Under the pieces are notes generated by a model that saw only the letters and a list, made by a program, of their open reading frames with translations, searched no databases and was not told the DNA's origin. DNA of 64,000 nt from an uncultured Rhodospirillaceae bacterium (GTDB lineage Bacteria; Pseudomonadota; Alphaproteobacteria; UBA9219), in contig CAYVNS010000003.1 of the NCBI GenBank assembly GCA_964453225.1, forward strand, positions 29,218 to 93,217. The letters are read 5' to 3'. This document shows positions 21,101 through 30,381 of the stretch, one piece after another (the stretch's first letter is position 1; each line of letters starts with the position of its first letter). Both the position numbers and the translations under genes were made by a program.

Positions 21101-24100
21101 GCGCATCCTCTTCCGTTTGGCGCGCTTTCTTTTCGATGGATTCGGCCTCATAGGCGAACCCGGCCGTGGCTTTTTGCAGGCTGTTGAGGGCGTCGTGCGC
21201 GCGCCTGTCGATGGTGCCGACGCTGGTCGTGATTTGCGTCACGCTTTCGGTTAGACGATTGGCGGCGCGTTCGGCTACCGACGCCGTTTCCTCCTGAACG
21301 CCGGTAAGGCGCGACATCAAGCCGTCGATCACGTCGCGCTGGGCGTTAAGCGCCGTCGTCAGCGTGCGCTGGCGGTCGCCGATCTGATTCATGGAGACGT
21401 TCAATTCGCCCGCCTGCTGTTCGAGCGCGTGATGCAGCGTGGTGAGCGCGGCGTTTGTGCTGGCGCCGATGTCGCGCACGTCGCCGCCGCCTTTTGTCAG
21501 GCGTTCGAGCAGCATTTGCAGGCTTTCGCCCGCGCGTTCGCTTTCGTTTTGCAGGCTGAGGCGCAACTGGTGCGCCTGTTCCTGCAAGGCCGAGGTCGCC
21601 GTAAGGACGGTGCGCGCCTGCTGTTCCGCCGCCTGCGCGTTTTGAAGAAGGAGCGAGGCCTGATCGGTAAAGCCCATGCTGGCGATCTTGACGTTGCCGA
21701 TGGCGGCCTGGGATTTGTCGCCGACGTCGCCGACCTGGCGCTCGATATCCTTCAGCGCGCTGGACAGATAGGCGATGGTGCGCTCGGCAATGCCGGACGC
21801 TTCCGCGTGCGCGGCGCTGAGTTTGTCGAACAATTCGAACATCTGGACGCGTTGTTTCTCGGTGGATTCCGCCAAGACGCGTTGCTGCTCGCCGATTTGA
21901 TCGCCCACGACGGCCAACGTCGCCGCCTGCTGCGTAACGTGCGCGCCGAGCGTGGAGAGCGTTTTTTCCGCCCGTTCGGCCATGGCGTGCAGTTCCTGCG
22001 TGGATTTGTCGATCGTCTTCGTGCTGCCGGAGGCCATATCGTTAAAGCGCTGCGTCGCCTGATCGGCCCCGCGCGTCGCCGTGTCGGCCACCTGGCGCAG
22101 CTTGCCTTCCGCCCCCGTAAGACGCGCGACGGAATCTTCCAGGTGCGACAAAAGCAGGCTGTTTTCCTGTTCCATATTGACGCGGATGGACGAGGCTTGA
22201 TCGGTAAGCGTGCCCGTGGCTTTCGACAGCTGGTCGAGCAGACCCGCGATCTCTTGCCCGCCGTCGACGAGCTTGACCGTATGCTCGCCGAAGGTGCCGG
22301 CCGCGCCGACAATCGCGTCCGCCGCGGTTTGCGCCGCGTGGGTCATCGTGTTCGTGCGATCCTGGAACGCCGTGATGGTGTCGTCGAGCTTGGAGAGAGC
22401 CTTCTGGCTGTACATGAGCGAGGTTTCATGCGCCGCCGCCATTTTGGCGTTGAGCGTTGAGAGCGTTTCCGCCGCACGGTCGCTGCTGACGGAAATTTTG
22501 CCCGCGTGCATTTCGATTTTGGCCGCATCGGTGGCGATTTGATCGGCCTCGCGCTGCAGGGCGCTGTGCAGCGTGTCGACCTTAATCTGCGCCGCGTTGA
22601 CCGTTTGATCCATCTTATCGGTAACCTCGCTGTAACGCGTCGCGGCGCGATCCAAAAGGACATGCGCGGCGGAGGCGCGTTCGCGCACAATCTCGCCGAG
22701 CATCGTGAATTTTTGTTCAGCGCCGGTAAGATCGCTCGAAATGGCTTCGGTCTGCTGGCGCAGGAGCGTTTCGATACGCGACGCTTCCGCCGTAAGGGAA
22801 GAGGCGACATCCTTGACATGCGTTGCGGACGTCTTGGCCTTTTCCAGCATCTGGTAAGACTCTTCGCCCACGCTGCGCGCGGCCTGCTGTAAGCATTCGA
22901 GCGCATGCGCGGCCTGCCCGTCGAGACCTTGGGTTTCGCGTTTCAGGCTGTCGGACAAATCCGTGAACTGCGCCAGGGTCTGGCGCGCGGCGTCTTCCTG
23001 CGTCGCGCGGGCGGCGCCAAATCTTTCCTCGAGCGTTTCCAGCGCGAGCACGGTATCGGCGGTCGCGCGGCTCATTTGATGGCTCATGCCCTGAACGCGG
23101 GAATGGAAATCCTGCAGGCGGCCAACCTGGGTTGACAGGCCTTCGCCGTAAACGCCCAGCGATTGCAGCCCCTGCTCGGCGCTGGCACCAATGGCGTCCA
23201 CCGCCTTTTGCACCGGCGTAACGGCCTGCGCGGCGAAGCTTTGCATCTTTTGATCCGTCGTCGCCAACTGATTCTGCGTTTCGGACAAAAGGGTCAACAG
23301 GCCCGCTGAATGATCGCGCAAATTCTTGCTGGCGACTTCCGCCTGCGCTTGCAGTTTCTGCACCGCTTCGAGCAGAATCGCTTCGCTGGCGCGGGTTTTG
23401 CCCGAGAGATCGCTTTGCTGGCGGCCAAAATTCTCGGTGGCGGCGGAAATGGCGCGCGTGCTGAGCTGGACGGTCTCGCCAAGGCGCTGAACCATCTTTT
23501 CGTTCTGGGCCATGGCGTCGTTGATATCCTTGGCCAGCTTCTCGCCGACGCTTTGGGTCGCATCGCGCACGGAGAGGACGCGTTCGAGCACTTGCTGAAG
23601 GTTTTGCAAAGCGACGCTGGCGCGGGTTTCGACTTCCTTGCCGGCCTTGTTGGACGCGACGTTCAGTTCTTCGAACTGCGCCACATGGCGCGCTATTTCA
23701 TCGGCCATATTCTTCATATGGTCGTTGCTGTCGCTGGACAGGGTGCGCAAGCGCGTGAGCGCTCCTTCGTACTTGCCCGTCGTTTCATCCAGATGGGCGG
23801 CGATGGCTTCGGCATTCGCGCGCGCATCGTCATTAACGGCGGAGAAGCGCGCCATGGTGCCGTCGGTGCGCATATTAAGATCCGAGACCGATTTCTCGAA
23901 GGAATTGATGAACTCCGAGGTCGTGGAACCGACGCGGTCGATCAGATGGTTCAAATCGCTTTGGCGGCGGTCGAGGCTGGCGTCCACGTCCACAAGACGG
24001 CCCATAAAGCGCTCCATAAGCGTTTGGAGCCCATCTGCCTGATGCGCGAGATGGTCGCTGAGCTTATTGGCTTGCTCGTGCGCAAGCTGTTCGCTGGCGT

Positions 24101-25208
24101 AAAGGCGGTCGGCCACGCCGCGAAGGATGGATTCGGCTTCGCCGACACGCACGGGAAGCGTCGTGCTGAGATCTTCCAGCGTGCGGGTTTGAGCGTCGAG
24201 CGCGTGGGTCATGCGTTCGGACTCTTCGCGGGCGGCCGAGGCACGCTCTAAAAAGCGCGCGACGCTAAGATCGATTTTGCTCGAGAGGCCGCTGAGCGTT
24301 TCGCTGGCGGCTTCGGCGGCCGTCGAAAGGCTGGATTCTTGTAAACGGGACGTATCGGCAAGCCTTTGGGTATCGAGTTGGGCGCGTTCCAGCGATTGCG
24401 AGATTTGAACCGTTGCCTGCTCGACTTCCTCCAGCATTTTGGAGACCTGCTCCCCGATGCCTTCGACTTGACGCGCAACGCCGTCGCCGTTTTTCTGCAA
24501 TTTCCCGTCGAGAACGCGCAGCATCGTGAATTTATCGTCCATCATCTGTTCGATCTGGAACATGCTGCGGCGCACGACGTCCTGGATTTCCTTGACTTGC
24601 TGCGCGCTGACGTTTTCGAAGCGCTCCAGATCCGCCCGGTGCTGCTGCACGCGGTCCATGATGGCTTCCAGATCTTCCTGGCTGACGGATTGCGCGCTGC
24701 GCAAAAGGTCGATCTGCTCACGGATCGCCTGATTAAAACGGCGGATGCGCGCATCGGCCGCGCCGGACTCGCCCGTAATAAGCGTGAGCTGGCGGCGCAA
24801 GGGGTCGGCGACGGATTCAACGTCGGACGCGCGCTGCAAGTAAGCCGTGATCATCCAGATCATGGCGACGGGAGAAACGGATGCGGAAATGCCAATGGCC
24901 CAGTCGACCAGAGAAACGCCGCCCAGGGTACGCTCGGGGCCGGACGTGCCGATGATCGCGATAACGCCGGACACCCACGCAAGAGAAATGCCCAAGCCAA
25001 TCCAGAAAGGCAAAGACGATGCCTTGGATATTTTCGGAATCGATATCTTTTTTCCGGTCGGCGGCTTGATTGCTAGTGGTGCGGGCGTATGAGCAGGAGA
25101 AGAAGTTAGGGGAGTCTTCTGCAGGGCCATTTTGATCCTCGACATTCCGGTATTAATCCCGCAAAAAGCACATACGTTTCCCCGCTCGTTTCGAGAAGGG
25201 AACGACAT
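18195..25208 (-). CDS. Giant membrane-anchored coiled-coil protein (2,337 aa), two N-terminal TM helices, internal tandem repeats
   Basis: Uninterrupted 7,014-nt ORF. ATG at 25208; an alternative start MALQK at 25130 is preceded by GAGG. TM1 is FWIGLGISLAWVSGVIAIIG and TM2 is WAIGISASVSPVAMIWMITAYL. The remainder is Ala/Gln/Glu/Leu/Thr-rich helical sequence. A candidate hairpin terminator lies at ~18130-18170. Confidence 0.75.
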   Translation of the reverse strand: MSFPSRNERGNVCAFCGINTGMSRIKMALQKTPLTSSPAHTPAPLAIKPPTGKKISIPKISKASSLPFWIGLGISLAWVSGVIAIIGTSGPERTLGGVSLVDWAIGISASVSPVAMIWMITAYLQRASDVESVADPLRRQLTLITGESGAADARIRRFNQAIREQIDLLRSAQSVSQEDLEAIMDRVQQHRADLERFENVSAQQVKEIQDVVRRSMFQIEQMMDDKFTMLRVLDGKLQKNGDGVARQVEGIGEQVSKMLEEVEQATVQISQSLERAQLDTQRLADTSRLQESSLSTAAEAASETLSGLSSKIDLSVARFLERASAAREESERMTHALDAQTRTLEDLSTTLPVRVGEAESILRGVADRLYASEQLAHEQANKLSDHLAHQADGLQTLMERFMGRLVDVDASLDRRQSDLNHLIDRVGSTTSEFINSFEKSVSDLNMRTDGTMARFSAVNDDARANAEAIAAHLDETTGKYEGALTRLRTLSSDSNDHMKNMADEIARHVAQFEELNVASNKAGKEVETRASVALQNLQQVLERVLSVRDATQSVGEKLAKDINDAMAQNEKMVQRLGETVQLSTRAISAATENFGRQQSDLSGKTRASEAILLEAVQKLQAQAEVASKNLRDHSAGLLTLLSETQNQLATTDQKMQSFAAQAVTPVQKAVDAIGASAEQGLQSLGVYGEGLSTQVGRLQDFHSRVQGMSHQMSRATADTVLALETLEERFGAARATQEDAARQTLAQFTDLSDSLKRETQGLDGQAAHALECLQQAARSVGEESYQMLEKAKTSATHVKDVASSLTAEASRIETLLRQQTEAISSDLTGAEQKFTMLGEIVRERASAAHVLLDRAATRYSEVTDKMDQTVNAAQIKVDTLHSALQREADQIATDAAKIEMHAGKISVSSDRAAETLSTLNAKMAAAHETSLMYSQKALSKLDDTITAFQDRTNTMTHAAQTAADAIVGAAGTFGEHTVKLVDGGQEIAGLLDQLSKATGTLTDQASSIRVNMEQENSLLLSHLEDSVARLTGAEGKLRQVADTATRGADQATQRFNDMASGSTKTIDKSTQELHAMAERAEKTLSTLGAHVTQQAATLAVVGDQIGEQQRVLAESTEKQRVQMFELFDKLSAAHAEASGIAERTIAYLSSALKDIERQVGDVGDKSQAAIGNVKIASMGFTDQASLLLQNAQAAEQQARTVLTATSALQEQAHQLRLSLQNESERAGESLQMLLERLTKGGGDVRDIGASTNAALTTLHHALEQQAGELNVSMNQIGDRQRTLTTALNAQRDVIDGLMSRLTGVQEETASVAERAANRLTESVTQITTSVGTIDRRAHDALNSLQKATAGFAYEAESIEKKARQTEEDARVIVTSASGANEKLGALCATLREEGDLTNSVYGSLLSKITAGSAELRDISSSTEMSLMTLGNNATQQCAALAALVQQINDRQQQLGTSLDSQREIIKSLFERLADAQAETIQSSDRLTTRLTQDAQKIAISADVIDTRAQSALSSVRTATESFAKEAEAIDIEAKRIEEQAQTIFSTTTSLHGQIYDLRLSMQADGERTNETLDALLGRLSAGAHDMHEAGYSAEKTLSSVQQSIGEKAGLLAKALQQIDDRQKTLAIALDSQRDTIGGLITRFMGVQNETAATAERTAERLQESATSITHSMDAIGTKAQETLANVAASVGGFAQQAVALNHEGQKAEQQLRGIVSAASGIGEQAVHLRDSVQSLDQTTKRFTEVTKDGAELIRSQTEALSQTLDQSEGRLTSIGEKMHAHLRVVGEMGDKAETQTEALANAAEYATTRLAVLRDTITATEKAGHEVVERAASRIEEVKGAMQGQLQHLSDLSHKAAEHVLGASKALAMQNDTLRTNLAKSEQAFAKVSESLKNEAKQLPATLKEGLIDIETAARALKAQSMDANKAMIDTADRFISVTASTRSNMVEEMKRVGGVAEDAGRILNGFNQLLAEQVAAMQQSTAKLSGEQRDLIEKASVGVDSLAEAGQRLLTLRNEATVTAERLVRDFDQLDQRAATTGGRLAQAGEGIVKQIEAISEATTRAENRIVTTGDTLRDHMESIRGALQGQIDEISNGLMKITAQLERTSTSLRSTTVGAVSDVERVSKRFEETGATAVAQVDAGTNRMRQSMEEVSRLLASFSGKFDQMIDHMAQAGADIKSQEGSALEHLQQLLSHLSTIAEKVENTRALSGDLSVHAIEKLDEVVTAVQSQMSNMAAGANTAAGIMRGIGQIYNDQTTALNKGVSDAHNQVVGMNKSIDEMQQRTDRMRTALKTQGEDLMRSLGQILMQLEATGDGLTDAVSRTLEAQATAGAKKIS

Positions 25209-25560
25209 TGCCTTTTAGGGGCTAGATACTAAGGTTTATAACATAACAGTTTTTTGGGTCAGAATGGAAGCGTTAACAGAGATTAAGTGAAAAAATCTGT
25301 TAGCAACTTCAAAGGCGATACCCCTCGCAGCATTGATACGAATCCGGAATAATTGTGCACTCTCACCAATTTTTTGTGCGCAGCAAAGGTGCAGCATTTT
25401 TTAAGCAGGGCACTAAGACTGGCTGTTGGGGGTGGGACGCGGCTGACAGACTAGGGATAGGGCTTGGCCTTTGTTTTCGACGACAGTTGCGCCGGCCATT
25501 CAGGCGGGTTAACATTTGCCCGTGGACACCTTGCCTCCCCCTTCACGCCGGTTGCCGCTC

Positions 25561-26871
25561 ATGCTGCGGTTCAAGCGTCTTTTGCCGCGCAGCCTGTTTG
25601 GCCGCATGCTTTTGATTTTCGTTTTGCCGACCTTTATCATGTTGGCGGCCGCGACCTATGTCTTTTTCGAAAGGCACTGGTACACCGTTACCAAGCGGAT
25701 GACCTATGCGCTGGCCGGCGATGTCGCCTTTATCGTCGAGCTTCTGGAAAACAGCAAAAACATGGATACTTTCGAAGGCGTGAAGACCCTTGCCTACGAA
25801 AAGATGAATCTGACGGTCACCTTCATGCCGGGACAGACCTTGCCGCCGCGCACGTCACGGTATTTGGGACCTATCGGCGTCATTCTGAAACATGCCTTAA
25901 ACGACAATCTGTCATACAGCTATGTCCTTGATATGTCTTATGCGCCGGAGACCATCAGCGTGAAAGTGGGGGTTCCCGAAGGCGTTTATTCGATCCTTTC
26001 GCCGGAGCGGCGCGTTTACACGCCAACCACGAAGGTATTCATTATCTGGTTGACGGGGAGCTCTTTGCTTCTTACGACCATCGCCTTGATCTTTATGCGA
26101 AATCAGATCCGCCCTGTACGAAGGCTGGCCGAGGCGGCCGAGGCCATCGGCAAGGGGCGCGAGGTGCCCTGGTTTAAGCTGGAGGGGTCTTCCGAAGTAA
26201 GACAGGCTGGCTCGGCCCTGATGGTTATGCGGGATCGGCTTAAACGGCAGATTACCCAGCGGACGGCCATGCTGGCGGGCGTTTCGCACGATTTGCGCAC
26301 CCCCCTGACGCGCATGCGCCTTCAGATCGAACTTATGGGCGCAACCCCCGATACGGGCGAGCTTTTGTCTGACGTGGCCGAGATGGAGGATATGCTGAAC
26401 GCCTATCTGGCTTTTGCGCGAAGCGAAGAAGCCGAAGTGGCCCAGCCCGTTGATTTGCAGGAATTTTTATCCGAAATGGTCGCAACCGCACGCCGGCAGA
26501 ATCCGCATATCTCTTTGGCGGCCCCGGAAGGCATTAAGGTGATCATGCGCCGCAATGCCATGAAGCGGTGTTTAGGGAATTTGATCAATAACGCGCTTCG
26601 TTACGGGGCGCATGCGGAAGTTAAGGCCTCTGTGGCGGATCAGATCGCCACGATTACGCTGGACGACGACGGGCCCGGCATCGAAGCCGCGCGGCGCGAG
26701 GAAATGTTCCGGCCCTTTACGCGCATCGAGGAATCGCGCAATCCGGCAACGGGTGGCGTTGGGCTTGGCCTGACGATCGCCCGCGACATTGCCCGCTTTC
26801 ACGGCGGGGATGTTATTTTAGAAGATAGTCCTTTGGGCGGACTAAGGGCCCGGGTTTGGATTCCCGTGTAG
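25561..26871 (+). CDS. EnvZ/CenK-like sensor histidine kinase (2 TM, periplasmic loop, HAMP, HisKA, HATPase)
   Basis: MLRFKRLLPRSLFGRMLLIFVL aligns with the EnvZ N-terminus. H-box GVSHDLRTPLTRMRL; G-boxes DDDGPGI and GGVGLGL. No adjacent response regulator. Confidence 0.8.
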   Translation: MLRFKRLLPRSLFGRMLLIFVLPTFIMLAAATYVFFERHWYTVTKRMTYALAGDVAFIVELLENSKNMDTFEGVKTLAYEKMNLTVTFMPGQTLPPRTSRYLGPIGVILKHALNDNLSYSYVLDMSYAPETISVKVGVPEGVYSILSPERRVYTPTTKVFIIWLTGSSLLLTTIALIFMRNQIRPVRRLAEAAEAIGKGREVPWFKLEGSSEVRQAGSALMVMRDRLKRQITQRTAMLAGVSHDLRTPLTRMRLQIELMGATPDTGELLSDVAEMEDMLNAYLAFARSEEAEVAQPVDLQEFLSEMVATARRQNPHISLAAPEGIKVIMRRNAMKRCLGNLINNALRYGAHAEVKASVADQIATITLDDDGPGIEAARREEMFRPFTRIEESRNPATGGVGLGLTIARDIARFHGGDVILEDSPLGGLRARVWIPV

Positions 26872-26904
26872 GAAAATTCATTAGGACATTAGTTTTGGGT
26901 CTAT

Positions 26905-27031
26905 TAGACCGCGATCCCTCCAGATGGAGGCATCTCTTGCTTCCATCTGGAGGGTGAATCGCTGGTCTTTTATATAGGTAGAGCATTTTCCGCCCTTCAG
27001 AACCGATTCCATGAATTCGGAAAATGCTCTA
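26905..27031. repeat. Two-hairpin intergenic repeat element, copy B
   Basis: Same architecture as copy A. SL1 is ccctccagatggag/ttccatctggaggg; SL2 is tagagcattttccg/cggaaaatgctcta. Both stems carry compensatory substitutions relative to copy A. Confidence 0.65.
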
Positions 27032-27102
27032 ATTCCGGTGGCAACGCAAAAAGCGCGCTACAAAGCGCAAATGCGTGGTTAATTGTTATTAGACAAAGCC
27101 TA

Positions 27103-29709
27103 TTAAAGCTGGCGCGCGATTTCCTCGATCTCGAAGCATTCGATCACGTCGCCGGGCTGAATGTTATCGTAATTCTCGAACGCCATGCCGCACTCGAAGC
27201 CTTCGCGGACTTCCTTAACTTCATCTTTCAGGCGCTTAAGCGTTTTGAGCGCGCCTTCGTGGATCACGACGTTATCGCGGAGCAGGCGCACCTTGGCGCC
27301 GCGGCGAACAACGCCTTCGGTGATTTTGCAGCCCGCCACCTTACCGACCTTCGTGATGTTGAAGACCTGAAGGATCTGGGCGTTGCCCAAAAAGTTTTCG
27401 CGCAAGGTCGGCGAGAGAAGGCCGGAAAGCGCTTGCTTCACGTCGTCGATCACATTGTAGATAATCGAGTAATAGCGCAGTTCGACCGCGTCGCGCTTGG
27501 CCATTTCGCGGGCTTGCGCGTTCGCGCGAACATTGAAGCCGATGATCATGGCTCCCGAGGCTTTCGCCAGCGTCACGTCGGATTCCGTGATCGGCCCGAC
27601 CGCCGAATCCAGCACGCGGACTTTGACTTCCGTGTTTTCGTCGGTCAGTTTCACGAGCGCGTTCTTGATCGCTTCGACGGAGCCGTGCACGTCGCCCTTG
27701 ATAAGGACGGCAAGTTCCTTGGCCGCGCCCGTTTTGATGTTTTGCATCATTTGCTCGAACGTGCCGCGCGGCGTTGAGGCCGCCGCCGCGATGGCGCGCT
27801 TGCGGCGCGCGCGGTATTCGGCAATTTCGCGCGCCTTGGCTTCGTCCGCCACGACAAGCAGCTCGTCCCCCGCCATCGGCGTGCTGTTAAGCCCCAGGAC
27901 TTCGACGGGCATCGCCGGAGTCGCTTCGGTGACGGTTTTGCCGCGGTCGTTGATAATCGCGCGCACTTTGCCCCATTCGCTGCCCGCAACAAATATGTCG
28001 CCGACGCGCAAGGTGCCGCGCCGTATGAGAATGGTCGCCACCGAGCCTCGGCCCTTTTCCATTTTAGCTTCGACAATTGCGCCTTCGGCGGCGCGGCTGG
28101 GGTTGGCCTTGAGATCGAGAATTTCGGCTTGCAGCAAAAGGGAATCCAGAAGCTTGTCGAGGCCCTTTTTGGTCTTGGCGGAAATTTCAACCGACAGGAC
28201 TTCGCCGCCCATATCTTCGACCTGAATGTCGTGCTGCAATAATTCCTGCTTCACCCGCGCGGGGTTGGCCGCCGGCAGATCGCACTTGTTAATGGCAACG
28301 ACGAGCGGCACCCCTGCCGCCTTCGCGTGGCGAATGGCCTCGATCGTTTGCGGCATGATGCCGTCATCCGCCGCGACGACCAGTACGACGATGTCGGTGA
28401 TTTGCGCGCCGCGCGAACGCATTTCCGTAAAGGCCGCGTGGCCCGGCGTGTCGATGAACGTGACGCGGTCGAACCCGTGCGTTCTCTGGGGCAGGACCAC
28501 TTGATAGGCGCCGATGTGCTGCGTGATGCCGCCCGCTTCGCCCGACACGACGTTTTCGTGGCGCAGGGCATCCAGAAGCGAGGTTTTGCCGTGGTCGACA
28601 TGGCCCATCACCGTGACAACCGGCGGGCGGGGCAACAGGTTTTCGGGGGCGTCTTCGCCGCCGCCGAGATCAGATTCGATATCGGCCTCGGTCACGCGCT
28701 TGATACGGTGGCCGAATTCCGTTGCGATCAATTCCGCCGTATCGGCATCGATGGTTTGCGTAATCGTCGCCATGACGCCCAGCTTCATTAGCGCCTTGAT
28801 GACGTCCACGCTGCGCTCGGCCATGCGGTTGGCGAGCTCCTGCACCGTGATGGCTTCGGGAAGCGTGACATCGCGCGTCACCTTGACTTGTTCCTGCGGC
28901 TGCACCATCGCTTCGCGGCGGTGGCGTTCCGCGCGACGGCGAATGGAGGCGATCGACCGGCGGCGGCCGCCGCTTTCTTCGTCGGAGAGAACCTGAACGA
29001 CGTTGACTTTGTGACCGGTGCGGCGTTCGTCGCCGATGCGGCGCGTGCCGGGGGTCGCGCGGCCCGGACGGCGGCGGCTGGTGTCTTCTTCTTCCTCTTT
29101 CCCGGTTGTGCGACGGGACATCGGGGGACGCCCCGAGAGGCTTTCGCCGGGACGCGCCAGCATGCTGCGCCCGCGGTCGTCAGCCGTGCCGGAGGCGCGG
29201 CGGGAGGCTTGCAGGTCGCGTTGGCGCACCTCGTCTTCCTGTTTCTTGCGCGCGCTCTCGGTTTTTTCCTGTTCCTGAATACGGCGCATTTCCTCCAGCT
29301 CGCGCTGCCTCAAGGCATCGCGGGTCAAGGGCGCGGCGGGGACTTCGGGTTCCGGCGGGCGAACGACTTCCGCCCTGAAATATTCCGGCTCCGTCCTGTC
29401 GGATTCCGTGGCGGCGCCGCGCAACGCGCGGGCGCGGGCTTCGCGCTCATCCGCCGTAAGGCTATGCAAAACGGCGCTGGTGGAGCGGCCGCTTTTGCTG
29501 ACCGTTGTTTTGCCGTCAGCCGCGCGCGCGCCCTTAACTTCGCTTTCGCCGCGCTTCGGCTTCTTGGCTTCGACGACAACGGCTTTCGAACGCCCATGTG
29601 AAAAACTTTGCCGCACGGTTTCGGCTCCGCCGGACGCCGGGGCTTTTTTCAGCTCCAGTTTCGGTCGCCCTCCAAGGCTTAGGACTTTCTTTTGCTTATC
29701 TTCCGTCAT
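27103..29709 (-). CDS. infB: Translation initiation factor IF-2
   Basis: G-domain [21 protein letters not shown]; C-terminal beta-barrels; Arg/Glu-rich N-terminal region. Confidence 0.95.
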   Translation of the reverse strand: MTEDKQKKVLSLGGRPKLELKKAPASGGAETVRQSFSHGRSKAVVVEAKKPKRGESEVKGARAADGKTTVSKSGRSTSAVLHSLTADEREARARALRGAATESDRTEPEYFRAEVVRPPEPEVPAAPLTRDALRQRELEEMRRIQEQEKTESARKKQEDEVRQRDLQASRRASGTADDRGRSMLARPGESLSGRPPMSRRTTGKEEEEDTSRRRPGRATPGTRRIGDERRTGHKVNVVQVLSDEESGGRRRSIASIRRRAERHRREAMVQPQEQVKVTRDVTLPEAITVQELANRMAERSVDVIKALMKLGVMATITQTIDADTAELIATEFGHRIKRVTEADIESDLGGGEDAPENLLPRPPVVTVMGHVDHGKTSLLDALRHENVVSGEAGGITQHIGAYQVVLPQRTHGFDRVTFIDTPGHAAFTEMRSRGAQITDIVVLVVAADDGIMPQTIEAIRHAKAAGVPLVVAINKCDLPAANPARVKQELLQHDIQVEDMGGEVLSVEISAKTKKGLDKLLDSLLLQAEILDLKANPSRAAEGAIVEAKMEKGRGSVATILIRRGTLRVGDIFVAGSEWGKVRAIINDRGKTVTEATPAMPVEVLGLNSTPMAGDELLVVADEAKAREIAEYRARRKRAIAAAASTPRGTFEQMMQNIKTGAAKELAVLIKGDVHGSVEAIKNALVKLTDENTEVKVRVLDSAVGPITESDVTLAKASGAMIIGFNVRANAQAREMAKRDAVELRYYSIIYNVIDDVKQALSGLLSPTLRENFLGNAQILQVFNITKVGKVAGCKITEGVVRRGAKVRLLRDNVVIHEGALKTLKRLKDEVKEVREGFECGMAFENYDNIQPGDVIECFEIEEIARQL

Positions 29710-29710
29710 C

Positions 29711-30361
29711 TTATCCTTCGTTCTTTCCGCTTATCATAGACTGAAGACGTCGAATCTCCATCTGCATTTTTTGCGTTAATCCATGGGGGAGCAAACCCGC
29801 ATGGACAATTTCATTCATGCCGAAAGCCGCGCCCAGCTCGTCGCGCGTAAAAAGTCCGCATCGGGGCGTTTCCGGCCTGTTTTCGAGAACATGCGCGGCG
29901 TCGCGCGCGTGCACGTAGAGCGCGAGTTTTCCGGCGTTCAGCGCTTCCCTTGTTTGCGTTTCGCCCAAAACGGCGATGCCCGCGCCTTTCGATAGGCCGA
30001 AAAGGTCGAGGCACCGTTTACGCAAGAGCTGCGTCACGTCGTCGGCCAAGGCGGCGGCCGGGTGCGCCGAAGACTTTGCCGCTTTGGCAAAAAGATTTTT
30101 GGCCGATGCCGCCCGGACGGACGGCTCGGTAGCCGTCACCCATAAGCCGCGGCCCGGCAGGTTTTCTTTCAAATCGGGAACGACGGCTTGTTCGGGCCCT
30201 ATGACAAAACGAATGAGATCCGCGCGCTTTTTAAGCTCGCCCGTTACCAAGCAGCGGCGCAAAGCATCGCTTGCTTTGCCAAGCTTGCGCGCAGCGCCAG
30301 ACGCAGGCCCCTGGCCTGTGCTTTCCGGTTTCGTGCGCGTTTTTTTGGTAACGGCTGTCAT
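29711..30361 (-). CDS. YlxR (DUF448)-like RNA-binding protein fused to an L7Ae-like domain
   Basis: RRCLVTGE...DLIRFV (YlxR motif), plus its position between nusA and infB. Confidence 0.7.
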   Translation of the reverse strand: MTAVTKKTRTKPESTGQGPASGAARKLGKASDALRRCLVTGELKKRADLIRFVIGPEQAVVPDLKENLPGRGLWVTATEPSVRAASAKNLFAKAAKSSAHPAAALADDVTQLLRKRCLDLFGLSKGAGIAVLGETQTREALNAGKLALYVHARDAAHVLENRPETPRCGLFTRDELGAAFGMNEIVHAGLLPHGLTQKMQMEIRRLQSMISGKNEG

Positions 30362-30381
30362 GTTCCCTTTCGGCTCTCATT

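Noticed and set aside
18405-25076. Many long plus-strand ORFs (255, 405, 661, 343, 313 and 236 aa) opposite the giant gene
   Set aside because: They are Arg/Ala/Gly-rich shadow ORFs in alternate frames of a 63 % GC coding region. They have no motifs and no RBSs, and the 7-kb minus-strand ORF explains the region.
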